Both the position numbers and the translations under genes were made by a program. From Takakia lepidozioides (lineage: Eukaryota > Plantae > Bryophyta): DNA of 64,000 nucleotides. The DNA is taken from the NCBI GenBank assembly GCA_030704615.1, contig CM060733.1, forward strand, positions 9,424,001 through 9,488,000. Direction: 5' to 3'. The notes below the pieces were generated by a model that made no database searches, was not told the origin of the DNA, and saw only the letters and a list, made by a program, of their open reading frames with translations. Of the stretch, positions 63,701 to 64,000 are shown piece by piece (position 1 is the first letter of the stretch; the number at the start of each line of letters is the position of its first letter).

Positions 63701-64000
63701 GACTTAAGGTTGAACGAAGAACGCTAGTATACTTGGTAGATTTATCAAGAGCAATAGAAGTTAGAACAGAATGCGATGCCCCAACACTACGGCATCAATC
63801 CAAGTGGATCAATGCACCATGTAGTATTGTGCTTTTCGACAATTTACTGCAGTGGCTTTGGTGGAAGTCACAACAGCAAACGGTCCACACCCTCCTCTTG
63901 GGCTTACACTCTTGCTCAAAGAATATAGAACATTCACTCGCCACAAAAGTGTTTGCCACAAAAGAAGTGAGGGGCATTGGGACCACCTTATATACCCTCC

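Overview
Eukaryotic, transposon-saturated DNA. GT-AG introns, the TE families present and a cox1-like fragment point to a non-seed land plant, most likely a bryophyte; this is inference. No intact host gene is evident. The window is a nest of decaying elements: (1) two copies of a Ty3/gypsy retrotransposon whose polyprotein carries a DNMT3-like C5 cytosine methyltransferase between protease and the RT position (3309-6820 plus 21703-22190 on -, and 39770-44775 on +); (2) two diverged copies of a spliced gene encoding a beta-class amino (N6A/N4C)-methyltransferase fold (1-~2428 on +, 27247-32786 on -). The complete copy also has an N-terminal ParB/Srx-like domain, sits head-to-head with a GCM/WRKY-MULE-SWIM transposase gene, and has an intronic array of 24-bp palindromes. 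Both copies end in related hairpin-rich GGG(G/A)TGC termini, so this looks like a Mutator-like transposon with ParB-methyltransferase cargo; (3) a ~15-kb non-chromovirus gypsy with three LTR segments and large extra ORFs; (4) hAT, Sola-like, chromovirus-like and copia remnants, a RING-H2 ORF, palindromic repeat arrays and microsatellites. Most ORFs carry stops or frameshifts. All calls come from reading motifs by eye; no searches were run.
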